Virus record (IMG/VR): IMGVR_UViG_3300033066_001466 | Location: 1-64,000 of that record | Direction: 5' to 3' (one strand) | DNA: 64,000 nt | Source of the DNA: a virus | Lineage: Duplodnaviria > Caudoviricetes | Shown: piece by piece, positions 45,650 to 54,773 of the stretch | Layout of the letters: each line of letters opens with the position of its first letter | Numbering within the stretch: the first letter of the stretch is position 1 | The notes under the pieces: generated by a model | The model's database searches: none | The model's input: the letters and a program-made list of their open reading frames with translations, nothing else | Told to the model about the DNA's origin: nothing | Made by a program: the position numbers and the translations under genes

Positions 45650-48600
45650 TTATGTGACTCTCCCCTGAGAATCTTGCCTGTCACTAGCTACCTTATTGGC
45701 ATTTGGATTTATATTTGGGTCATATTTAATAGTGATATTGGATTCACGTAATTGCCCCCCAATAACTTCAATAGCTCGACTTACAGCCCCATTAGCAATA
45801 GTCCTCATGCTTGGTTCTAAGCTATTTAAAACATCAGCCCCATTAATGATAACTTCAACCTTTTGATTGATATTCATGTCGATAATACGAGGAATAGCTG
45901 CTAAAGCCTCAACTTGTTTGGCGAAATTCGTATTAAAAGCACTAAATACTTCACTAGCCCGATTAAATGAAGCTAAAAGGTCTATTTGTGGCTCTGGAAC
46001 TGGTCTACCGCCCGGCTTAGGTTGAATACCTCCTGGTTGAGTTGGATTCCCTTCAGGAGCAGGTAAAGATAATCCTCCAAATATATTTAATTCTTTTTTG
46101 GGTAAAACTCTTCTTTGTTCGGGTAGACCTCCTTCTAGGATACGAATTTTTTCTCTAAGCTCTGCAACTTCAGCCAATATTAATTCTGGATTTCCACCAT
46201 TCTTAAGAAGGTCAAGTGACTCCTTAGATAGATTCTTAAATCGTGGGTCTAAACCTTTATTTGCACTAACTAAATCCGCTTGTGGCCCACTAACTCTTCC
46301 TCTTTTAATCAAAGCGGATATTTGTTTTGGGTCAACCCGATAAGCGGACTCTCCACTTAAGAATTTATCTTCTTCTGTTCCAATTGTTGGAGCTATACCA
46401 GTAGTGTAATCAGCTAAGCCTAATTTATCAAACACGCTCCTATCTTTTTTCTTTGCTTCATTACGTTTAAATTCATTCAGTGGGTCATCCTGAACAGATT
46501 TCTTTAAAGCAAATAATACGCTATTTGTGGTTTTATCATCTAGCCCAAACTTATCTTTTAGATTTAAAGCTAATTGTTGAGAGCTTAATTTATTTTTATT
46601 TTCTTCAACATAGCTCTCTATATCTTGAGATTGGGAGTCGGCGATACTATTTGCTTGTTTAAGTTCCGTCTGGGCTTTTCTTGAGGCTTCTATTTTAGAA
46701 ATTTGTTTTTTTGCAGCATCTACATCTACTCCAATTAATCCTTTAGCCCCCTTTTCTTTTTCTTCTAGTCCTGCTAACTGAATATTCTTAACAGCTTTTT
46801 CTGTATCGGTAGCCTTCTGTTGCAAAGCATCTACATATTTATCAATCTTGTTAAAGAATTCTTTGTTATTATCTACTAAAGTTTGTTTAAAATCTTCAGC
46901 AGTTTTAGTTAAATTTGTAGCAATAATACCAACTGCACCGCCAGCATTATTAACGCCATTTACTGCTCCTTCTGCTCCAGCTTGTTTTAAAATATCTCCA
47001 ATTTTATCTTGTATTCCTTTTATATTCTTTTCATTACCACTTACATCAAGAGGGCTTCCCTTTAAAATATTTTTACTAAATTCGGCTATTAATTCTTTGT
47101 ATATTTCTGGACCAGACAAATCTTGTCTTTTCCCATCTATTGTTTTTGAAAAACGGCTAGGAATCTTTAAATCTTCTGGTAAGGATTTTAGAAAATCAGC
47201 ACCTTGTTTGAATATAGCGTTTCCTAAACCAGGAATTCCATTGCTTAAACCAAGCTTATTAAAAGAAGTTGTTACATCTGAAGCTTTATTATCAATAACT
47301 ATTTTAGCTGCCCTAGCATCAATCTGTTTTTGTAAAAATTCTTGAGGATTCGCAGTCAATAAAGAGCCTGTAAAGCCCAATTTAGCATCTCTTTCGCTTC
47401 TTTGATTAGCTAAAGCTTGTTGAAGAATAGACAGCCGGTCTGATGTATTAGTTAATCGCTCCAAAGCCCTGTTAGCATCCGCTAGTTTTCTCTGATTTTC
47501 AAATAAAGCATCCCGAAAAGTCGTAACACCTTTTACTCCATCAGCTTCAACCTTAGCTTTTTCTCGAAGTACTTTTTCTTCGTCTTTTAGTTCACTAATT
47601 ACGGCTCCAATAGCATTAGCGTTTTCGCCAATTCCGGCCTTGCCAAGTAGTCTATCTTGTATTTTATTAAAGTTTCTAAAAATAATAGATGGGTCAACCA
47701 CTCTTCCGGGATTAATTCCGGCGTTTTCGAGATTAAAATCACGCTGAGAAGTTTGAAATTGAGTAGATAAAGCACTTTTTTGTTCAGCCAAATTATTTAG
47801 ACGAGAACTAATCTCTAATAAATGACGTAGTCCATCTTGATAAGCCCTATCTCTTTCTTCGAGATTCTTACCAATAGACTGTGCTGCCTTTAACATAGGC
47901 TCAAATTGCTGCTCAAATTCCTTGGCAAATTTTTCTGGGTCTTTCTTAAAATTCTCAAATAGCTCACTACTCTTTAAGCCTTGTAGCTTATCGGCCATTA
48001 TATTGATAACTTTTTTATCAAATTGCTGACCAGTCTCTTGACCAATTTTATTAAAAGTAGATACAAAATCTCCTGACAAGTTATCGGAAGCTTGATTTCC
48101 AGGCTTAATGGTACGAGATAAAACTTCTGGCAAATATTTTGAAATTTGGTCTACATTAGCAATTTTATTCGTAACTTCTCTAAAAGCTCCTCCTGATAAT
48201 CCACCCAATCTAGACAAATCTTCTTTGTCTATATTACCAAATTCTCCCGGCCTAAACGAAGCTCCAACATAACCTCCGCTTGTTATTACTTTTAGTTTCT
48301 CATCTAACTCTTTTACCTCTTGAGCAGCTTTATTAATAGCTTCTGAAAATGAAGTAGCAGAAGATATAGATTTATTGACTTCTACTGTGAAACGTAATTG
48401 GGCTTGTCTGCTAATCTCATCAGTTTTTGCAGCTTCATATAGTCTGGTTGCCTCTTCCTTAATATTAGCTTTTGGCCGAAGAGTTTGAATATTTTTAGTT
48501 ATCGCACCTAAATCTCCACTTGTAATATCTAATGGTTGACCGTTCTTGGCCTGTTTTTTAATTTCCTCTTGCAAAACTTTACTGAGGTCACCCAATTTTA

Positions 48601-51600
48601 AACCAACAGATTTCTTGAATTCGTCACTATTAGCTTTAATTAAATCGCCACCATTTTTTGTATCAAGAATAGCTTGAGCCAAAGCTCCCTTCTTAGCGTT
48701 GTCCAACTCTTTTGCAATATCAGAAATTGAACCTGAGCCAGTAGCAAAAGCTTCTAAAGATTCATTTAAATGCTTTATAGAGTCATCAAGTTTTTCTCTA
48801 ATAGTTGTTTTCTTTAAGTCTTCAGCAGCTTGAGCAGCCCCTTGAAACCAACCAACAATACCTCCAATAGCGGCTCCAATTAATGTCCCATATGGCCCTA
48901 AAGGAGTGGCTGACCCCAATGCGGCCCCAATACTAGCTCCAATACTAGCTCCCCCTAATTTACCTTGACTGTCTTTATCGTAAGATTGAGTAGCTGCATA
49001 CCCAAGAGCTAAAGGTGCTGCAACGCCAGCAAAAGAAGCAGCAGCATTAAAGAATCTACCTCTATTAAGAATAGAGTTAACGGCTCCCGATTGTTGATTA
49101 GAAACAGATTGACCTTTTGGGTCTACATAATTTATTTTGTCTTCTGTTAAAGTATAGTCATTTCCACCCGCAAATGAATTAACTAATTGTTGACGACCTT
49201 CTCTTCTAGCTAAATAAGTGTCTGCTCTTTCTCTTCTTTTTTGTAAAATAAAAGCTTGTTGTTCTTCTGGAGTAGAAGATGCTAAATAATCTTTGTTTTC
49301 ATTAACAATATTTCTTACAAAACGAGATTTTGAACTTGCTCCTTCTAATAAATCATTAACTCTATTGGTAAATTCTTGGTCACCAATCCTTAATCTTAAT
49401 CTATCTGGATTATATTGTTGTTGAGAATACGATACAATAGAAGCAGTTGGAGGAAATAACTGTTTTTGTTGGTCTTTTAACGCCTCTAATTTTTGATTGT
49501 TTATATTTGGATTAAGTAAAAATTCATTTGCTAAGTTAGAAATCGGCAAAACTCCTGCTTTTTTAGCAGCTTCAGCCTGTCTCTTCGCTGTTTCTAATCG
49601 AACAATTTCAGCTTGAAGTTCATTTTTTTCAGACTCTGTTCTTAGTTGTTTAAGTTTTTCTATGTGGGCTTTACTAGTGGCCTGAGTAGTAGAAAATTGG
49701 CCCAAAGAAAGAGACTCAGTAGATTGTGGGCCTAAAATACGTTGTCTATATTGAGATAATTGAGGACTTTGATAATCAGGAGCAAAATCTGGTATTTTTA
49801 CATATCTTCCACTAGCCCCTCTTGGTCTTTCGACGCTCTGAACATCTGAAAACAATCCAGCATCTTTACTTAATTGAGTAGCCCTACTAACTGAACTCAA
49901 AATACTTTCTTGTGGTAAAAATCCATAAGATGAATCAGAATTATAAGGAGCTTTAGCTTCTCTTCTAGCTTTAATATTTTCTTCTTTTATTAATCTTCTT
50001 AATCTAGCTTCATTATCAATATCAGACATCAATTCAAAAGGTTTATATCCAAGAGGATTAAATCCGCTGGCAAACCCTGGCAATTTTCCACTAATAAGTC
50101 CCGGAATAATATGAGAGTACTTCTTGACTGATTCGGCAGGGATTACAGCTTCTCCACCCTCTAAAAGAGCGGGAATTCTGTCTCCATTACTTGGGCCAGC
50201 TATAATACCTCCAGCAGCAAATCCTTTTCTAGGAGGAGGTGGCTCATTAAGATTTCCACCAAAATTAGCAAAGGTTCTCTTAGTAAAAGTAGCTAGTGCC
50301 CCAGTTAATATATTTGAACCAGCAATTAGACCTAAAAGAGGAATTAATGGACCAATAGCATCTAATAAACGAATCGCAGCTTTAGCAGAAGTCTCAAGGA
50401 AACTTATAAATTTATTAAAGCCTTCTGATTCGACCAATACGCGACCAATAGCTAAAAATTCTTCCTTAATCCTTACTAATTGATTTAAATAACTATCTTT
50501 CTTTTGTAGAGCTTGAATATCCAAACTATCTTCGCCAGCTAAAGCTGTATTCATAGCCTGAGCCTGCAAAGTAGTTTCCCTTAAAAGTGGAATCACTCTA
50601 GAAAGCTGACGTAAACCACCAATTTCCTCAACAATATTGCTAAATAAAGTACTGCCTGTTCCTAAATTACTTGTGCCTTTAGCGATTCTTTGGATAGCCT
50701 CAAATGGACCAACAAATTTTCCAGCTATGTCGGCCTGACCTAATTTTTGAGCTTCTTCGGCTGTGTAACGAAGCTTAATGCCGAGGTCATCTAAAAACTT
50801 AAGAGTGTCAGGGCGTTGTAGTCTACCAAAAATAGTTCGCAAACCAGTTGAAATAGCATCTGCGGATTCGCGAGTAGTAGCCCTAACAGAAGTAAACAAA
50901 GCTGCTAATTGATTTAAATCTGCTCCAGCCGCTTTTGCTGCTCCACCAGTTTTCTGAACTGCTGTAATTAAATCTGAAGATTCAACTGCGTATTCACCAG
51001 CAACCGCATTTAAAGCACCTAATTGTTTTTCTAAACTGCCTGCGTCTTTACCAAACTGCTGAAAGATAGCAATAACACCTTCAGTAGTTTTCGCAATACT
51101 CTCGAAGTTAGGAGCTAAATCTGTTTTGGCGAGAGCTTGTAGGGCCTGACCTGTTTCTTTAGTGCTTAAGCCTGCCTGTCTCAACACAGTGGCACTTTTA
51201 ATAAGCTCGGCAGAACTTACACCATAAGCCTTTGCGAGGTTTCCTACGTCATCTCCAAGCTTCTTAATAACATTATCAGCATCTCCCGATACCTGCTTTA
51301 GTTTAATTAACTCATCTTGAAATTTAATACCTTCGCTAATAGCTGTCTTAATTAGGGCGATACCACCTAGTAACCCAGTAGATGCAATAAAATAGGACGA
51401 GAATCGGCGAAATACGTTATCTGTTTGTGCCCCAAGCTTTTGAAAATCACCAACTAATCCAGTGGCCTCTCTCCTAGTTATAGCAAGAGCCTTATTTAGT
51501 TCTTGAAGGTTAGCTGGCCTACTAATATCAAAAGTTAAGGCATTATTAGAGAATGTTTTCCGTAACTCGCCCTGAACTTGAGCCAAATTAGCGGCATCAG

Positions 51601-51637
51601 TTTTAACAATCAAGTTGGAATAAATTGGGAGACTCAT
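45650..51637 (-). CDS. tail tape measure protein (TP901-type core)
   Basis: 1995 aa helical; LIKLKQVSG, LNAVAGEYAVESSDL, TTRESADAISTGLRTIFGRL, FAAGGIIAGP..D.IPALLEGGE. Confidence 0.9.
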   Translation of the reverse strand: MSLPIYSNLIVKTDAANLAQVQGELRKTFSNNALTFDISRPANLQELNKALAITRREATGLVGDFQKLGAQTDNVFRRFSSYFIASTGLLGGIALIKTAISEGIKFQDELIKLKQVSGDADNVIKKLGDDVGNLAKAYGVSSAELIKSATVLRQAGLSTKETGQALQALAKTDLAPNFESIAKTTEGVIAIFQQFGKDAGSLEKQLGALNAVAGEYAVESSDLITAVQKTGGAAKAAGADLNQLAALFTSVRATTRESADAISTGLRTIFGRLQRPDTLKFLDDLGIKLRYTAEEAQKLGQADIAGKFVGPFEAIQRIAKGTSNLGTGSTLFSNIVEEIGGLRQLSRVIPLLRETTLQAQAMNTALAGEDSLDIQALQKKDSYLNQLVRIKEEFLAIGRVLVESEGFNKFISFLETSAKAAIRLLDAIGPLIPLLGLIAGSNILTGALATFTKRTFANFGGNLNEPPPPRKGFAAGGIIAGPSNGDRIPALLEGGEAVIPAESVKKYSHIIPGLISGKLPGFASGFNPLGYKPFELMSDIDNEARLRRLIKEENIKARREAKAPYNSDSSYGFLPQESILSSVSRATQLSKDAGLFSDVQSVERPRGASGRYVKIPDFAPDYQSPQLSQYRQRILGPQSTESLSLGQFSTTQATSKAHIEKLKQLRTESEKNELQAEIVRLETAKRQAEAAKKAGVLPISNLANEFLLNPNINNQKLEALKDQQKQLFPPTASIVSYSQQQYNPDRLRLRIGDQEFTNRVNDLLEGASSKSRFVRNIVNENKDYLASSTPEEQQAFILQKRRERADTYLARREGRQQLVNSFAGGNDYTLTEDKINYVDPKGQSVSNQQSGAVNSILNRGRFFNAAASFAGVAAPLALGYAATQSYDKDSQGKLGGASIGASIGAALGSATPLGPYGTLIGAAIGGIVGWFQGAAQAAEDLKKTTIREKLDDSIKHLNESLEAFATGSGSISDIAKELDNAKKGALAQAILDTKNGGDLIKANSDEFKKSVGLKLGDLSKVLQEEIKKQAKNGQPLDITSGDLGAITKNIQTLRPKANIKEEATRLYEAAKTDEISRQAQLRFTVEVNKSISSATSFSEAINKAAQEVKELDEKLKVITSGGYVGASFRPGEFGNIDKEDLSRLGGLSGGAFREVTNKIANVDQISKYLPEVLSRTIKPGNQASDNLSGDFVSTFNKIGQETGQQFDKKVINIMADKLQGLKSSELFENFKKDPEKFAKEFEQQFEPMLKAAQSIGKNLEERDRAYQDGLRHLLEISSRLNNLAEQKSALSTQFQTSQRDFNLENAGINPGRVVDPSIIFRNFNKIQDRLLGKAGIGENANAIGAVISELKDEEKVLREKAKVEADGVKGVTTFRDALFENQRKLADANRALERLTNTSDRLSILQQALANQRSERDAKLGFTGSLLTANPQEFLQKQIDARAAKIVIDNKASDVTTSFNKLGLSNGIPGLGNAIFKQGADFLKSLPEDLKIPSRFSKTIDGKRQDLSGPEIYKELIAEFSKNILKGSPLDVSGNEKNIKGIQDKIGDILKQAGAEGAVNGVNNAGGAVGIIATNLTKTAEDFKQTLVDNNKEFFNKIDKYVDALQQKATDTEKAVKNIQLAGLEEKEKGAKGLIGVDVDAAKKQISKIEASRKAQTELKQANSIADSQSQDIESYVEENKNKLSSQQLALNLKDKFGLDDKTTNSVLFALKKSVQDDPLNEFKRNEAKKKDRSVFDKLGLADYTTGIAPTIGTEEDKFLSGESAYRVDPKQISALIKRGRVSGPQADLVSANKGLDPRFKNLSKESLDLLKNGGNPELILAEVAELREKIRILEGGLPEQRRVLPKKELNIFGGLSLPAPEGNPTQPGGIQPKPGGRPVPEPQIDLLASFNRASEVFSAFNTNFAKQVEALAAIPRIIDMNINQKVEVIINGADVLNSLEPSMRTIANGAVSRAIEVIGGQLRESNITIKYDPNINPNANKVASDRQDSQGRVT

Positions 51638-51649
51638 TGCACAGCCCTA

Positions 51650-51677
51650 AAAATAAAGGCCACTCATTTGAGCGGCC
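51650..51677 (-). terminator. Rho-independent terminator before the tape measure gene
   Basis: GGCCGCTC-AAAT-GAGTGGCC followed by TTTATTTT on the minus strand. Confidence 0.7.
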
Positions 51678-51709
51678 CAATTGTAACCTAAATTATCCTA
51701 CTGCGTAGT

Positions 51710-52597
51710 CTATTTTGTTTCTGCCAAAGCTAACAAGTCTTTTTCTTTTATTTTAGCTAGCTCTGCTTCATATTTAGCTAATTCTTCTTTATACCCTTCA
51801 TCTAAGATTGGGTTTCCCTCATTATCTAAAAATGGAACTGGTTTAATTAATTCTTTTGGCTTACTAAGTAGTTCACCATCTTCTCCTAATAGTTCACCAT
51901 CCGAATTGATTGGATTTCCATCTTTGTTAATAAATCGCCCTTCTTTATCAATAAAATTAAATCTCTTAAAGAATGCGTTTTCAGGATTGGTATCAGTACT
52001 TTTTTGATAATCACCCAAAACTTTCATTTGGTATGACAGAAAAGCTCTAGTTACCACTACATATTTTTCAGCATTTTCTTCGGTTAAAACCGTTGAAGCA
52101 TCAAAATCTTCATAGCTACTAAAAACTCTCTCTCCACTATCTTTATACACCGTTGTAGCATATAGAAGGTAGTTTAGACGTTCGTTTTCAGAATAGCCCT
52201 CTACTGTGTTTTGTTGAGCTTCAGCAAATACTGTATTTAAACTAAGGATTTTAGCCCTTAATTCGATACATCTCATAGCCGCCCTAAACATCGTACCTTC
52301 ACTTTTGTCAGTTGGTCCACCAAGCTTAAAGGATTCGCGTTTTTTAGGATTAGTGAGGATATCCTCGTTCTTAGCAAGCTCTGCTCTTAAATCTCGTAAT
52401 TCAGCAGCCTTTTTTTCATCCCAAGATGATTCTTGCAAGAGTTTTGCTGCATCATTGGCTAATGGCAATTTATCCTGAAGGGCCTTCCAATAAGCCTTTG
52501 CCCGTATTTTAGTAGCTTCTTTGATTTCGGAAGCCTTTGGCTCGCGAACTAAAACTTCTTTTTCTACGCCACCAATCATTACTTTAAAAGATTCCAT
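51710..52597 (-). CDS. putative tail assembly chaperone
   Basis: Immediately upstream of the tape measure; EVLVREP..SEI N-terminus; acidic helical protein. Confidence 0.5.
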   Translation of the reverse strand: MESFKVMIGGVEKEVLVREPKASEIKEATKIRAKAYWKALQDKLPLANDAAKLLQESSWDEKKAAELRDLRAELAKNEDILTNPKKRESFKLGGPTDKSEGTMFRAAMRCIELRAKILSLNTVFAEAQQNTVEGYSENERLNYLLYATTVYKDSGERVFSSYEDFDASTVLTEENAEKYVVVTRAFLSYQMKVLGDYQKSTDTNPENAFFKRFNFIDKEGRFINKDGNPINSDGELLGEDGELLSKPKELIKPVPFLDNEGNPILDEGYKEELAKYEAELAKIKEKDLLALAETK

Positions 52598-52625
52598 ATC
52601 GCCTATTCCTTATTAAAATATTAAG

Positions 52626-52973
52626 TTATCGTGGTTTTACATCAAAGACGTAATTATAATTAATTTCGCCAGTTTCAGGGTCAATACGAGTGTTACAACT
52701 CGACTGACTCTTATAAGTATTTTTTGTTACCGTAAATTTCCTAAATTCCCTGTCAATTACTCTACTTTGTTCATTACCACAGTCTAACACCGCATTTCGT
52801 GTTGGCAACCATAACCTTAAAAAATTCTTTTCGCTGTCAGTCAAAGTATATCTATCTTTATTATGGCCCCATAAATATCCAAAGCTTTTTTCAAATTGAG
52901 CTATAGCTCCAATAAACGTAGTTCGTATAGCCCGATTAACGTTAGAGTTTAAATTATCATTGTTTTTGTTCAT
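52626..52973 (-). CDS. hypothetical protein
   Basis: 115-aa ORF. Confidence 0.6.
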   Translation of the reverse strand: MNKNNDNLNSNVNRAIRTTFIGAIAQFEKSFGYLWGHNKDRYTLTDSEKNFLRLWLPTRNAVLDCGNEQSRVIDREFRKFTVTKNTYKSQSSCNTRIDPETGEINYNYVFDVKPR

Positions 52974-53929
52974 TTTACCCCAAATCCTTGTCCAAGAGAT
53001 TGTTCAGTATGTTCGCTAAGTTTACCTTTATCTATCAAATTTTGTTTTGCTTTAATATAAGCCTTACCACCAGCATTATTAGCATTATAGACTACGTCAT
53101 TCATTTTTGCCCCGCCCATAATATAGACTTCTTGAGAACCAGCAACAGCCGATGAATGAATCTTACCTTCGACATAATTAACTGATTCAGATTTAGCTCC
53201 TTTTCTACTTTGTAAGATATACCAACCATCTAATGCTAAATCATCCTCTATAATCCAATCAAAAGGTTTCTCTGAATGCTCTAATACGTTTTTATAGAAG
53301 CGATACCAATACATCAAAGTTGTTTGTTCGTCGGTTAATGGGTAATTTTGGAACAAAGAAGAAGTACATGTGTTTAAATTAAAGAAAGTATTTGAGCGGG
53401 CAATTTGACGAAAAATTGTCTCACTAATAGAGTTTTTTGATAACCACATCATAATAGATTCTAATTCACTATCCGATACGCTCTTCTTTATAGACTTACG
53501 TAGTAAATATCTTGATTTAATCATTTCCGCTACGCCTTCGGCGGTAATACTATCCATGAAGTGAAGTTTTGATAATATAGATATAAGATTATTGTCTAAG
53601 TCTTCCAGTTTTTTTCTTACAGACGAAGTCTGCTTTTTTTCTTTAAATATCTCATATAATTCTACCTTAGCATCCTCAATATCCTTACGTCCTTTTTCTA
53701 GTAATTCCTTATAATTAAAGGGTAATTTATATCTAAATAATTTAAGTTCAAACTCTTGGCTTGTTTTTGAAATACAACCGTCCTCTAAGCATTCGGCCAA
53801 TACATCCTCATATAAGCACTCAGCTAAATATTTGTGCTCATATTTGATAGGATTTATTATGTAAGTTTGGGCCGGTTTTGCTATAATTTTGCCGGACATT
53901 ATCCTATAAAAGATTTTATTATTTATCAT
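52970..53929 (-). CDS. hypothetical protein (possible tail chaperone)
   Basis: 319 aa; IIEDDLALDGWY segment; between tail tube and tape measure. Confidence 0.45.
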   Translation of the reverse strand: MINNKIFYRIMSGKIIAKPAQTYIINPIKYEHKYLAECLYEDVLAECLEDGCISKTSQEFELKLFRYKLPFNYKELLEKGRKDIEDAKVELYEIFKEKKQTSSVRKKLEDLDNNLISILSKLHFMDSITAEGVAEMIKSRYLLRKSIKKSVSDSELESIMMWLSKNSISETIFRQIARSNTFFNLNTCTSSLFQNYPLTDEQTTLMYWYRFYKNVLEHSEKPFDWIIEDDLALDGWYILQSRKGAKSESVNYVEGKIHSSAVAGSQEVYIMGGAKMNDVVYNANNAGGKAYIKAKQNLIDKGKLSEHTEQSLGQGFGVK

Positions 53930-54101
53930 CTACTTCCTGTTTATCCTTATAAGTAATTGTCCCACCCATTTTAATTTCCTGAACTCATGTCACAACATGC
54001 TCCTCTTTAAATCCTGTAAAATTTTCACCAGGAGCAATTACAATTTGCTGCATATGAAAAGTTATTCTATTGCTAGGTGTGCTAACCTTTATTTTTTCCA
54101 T
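53919..54101 (-). pseudogene. diverged mini-paralog of the tail-tube N-terminus, interrupted by TGA
   Basis: MEKIKVSTPSNRITFHMQQIVIAPGENFTGFKEEHVVT*VQEIKMGGTITY... aligns without gaps to MASNRVIFNAEQLLIAPGLNFTAFASGHVVHGAQSVGMNGNV of 54774..55952. Confidence 0.7.
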
Positions 54102-54105
54102 ATAA

Positions 54106-54699
54106 CTAGGCCCATTTATCCCAATATAGTGGTGACTCTTGTTTAGTTTGATTTCTTTGACAATTTGAAATTTCATGACACCACTGAATAAATTCTTCGT
54201 GTGGTTTATTACCTTTTGTAAATTGCAAATCCTTATGAATCCATTGAACATTTCCTTCGATATATCCTTTTGTACTATCAATTCTATCTAAAGATGCAGT
54301 TTGATTAATTCTATTTTTCTTATAACTTCTAGTAAATTGTAATGGTCTTCCAGAATAAGCACATTTTCCATTTTGTTTCTTAAATATATTATCAACGTAT
54401 TCTAGACTTACTGCGAATTCCATATTTCTTTCCTTAATGGCTTTTCCTTTTATTCCATTATAATACCTGCAAGTTACACTTCCAAATGGGCAATATTCAA
54501 CCATCCTACATTTAATACACTGATTATTATTTCTACAATTTTCTGGAGTTTTTTGATAAATATTTTTACACTTTGGACATTTTACATTAACTAAACTTTT
54601 CCAATTAATTATTTTACTAGTTTTAGTTGTGACTTTTTCTGTCCATGCTTCCACAACTTCCCAACCATTAATAATTTGTCCAATTTTAAATTTTGTCAT
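54106..54699 (-). CDS. HNH-like (SLDRID family) homing endonuclease
   Basis: CPKC..CIKC; CAYSG; ASLDRIDSTKGYIEGNVQWIHK; AAGGA RBS 7 nt before ATG 54699. Confidence 0.75.
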   Translation of the reverse strand: MTKFKIGQIINGWEVVEAWTEKVTTKTSKIINWKSLVNVKCPKCKNIYQKTPENCRNNNQCIKCRMVEYCPFGSVTCRYYNGIKGKAIKERNMEFAVSLEYVDNIFKKQNGKCAYSGRPLQFTRSYKKNRINQTASLDRIDSTKGYIEGNVQWIHKDLQFTKGNKPHEEFIQWCHEISNCQRNQTKQESPLYWDKWA

Positions 54700-54718
54700 T
54701 ACCATATCCTTAAAATTA

Positions 54719-54735
54719 GGGGCCAAAATAGCCCC
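54719..54735 (-). terminator. hairpin or terminator after the tail tube gene
   Basis: GGGGCTA-TTT-TGGCCCC followed by TAATTTT. Confidence 0.5.
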
Positions 54736-54773
54736 ATATAATCAAAGCATAATATATATTACAACCAAGTCAA

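Noticed and set aside
52142-52152. CGGTGTATA copy inside the chaperone gene (and CGGGGTATA at 31051)
   Set aside because: Not 27-43 nt from a plausible start; about one chance hit is expected, so these were not counted as promoters
53985-53987. Genome-wide TGA-to-Gly recoding (code 25) suggested by the TGA in the tube mini-paralog
   Set aside because: Many intact genes end in TGA with ATGA coupling (e.g. 1179, 7599, 7736) and long ORFs contain no internal TGA; only local readthrough or a nonsense mutation remains possible
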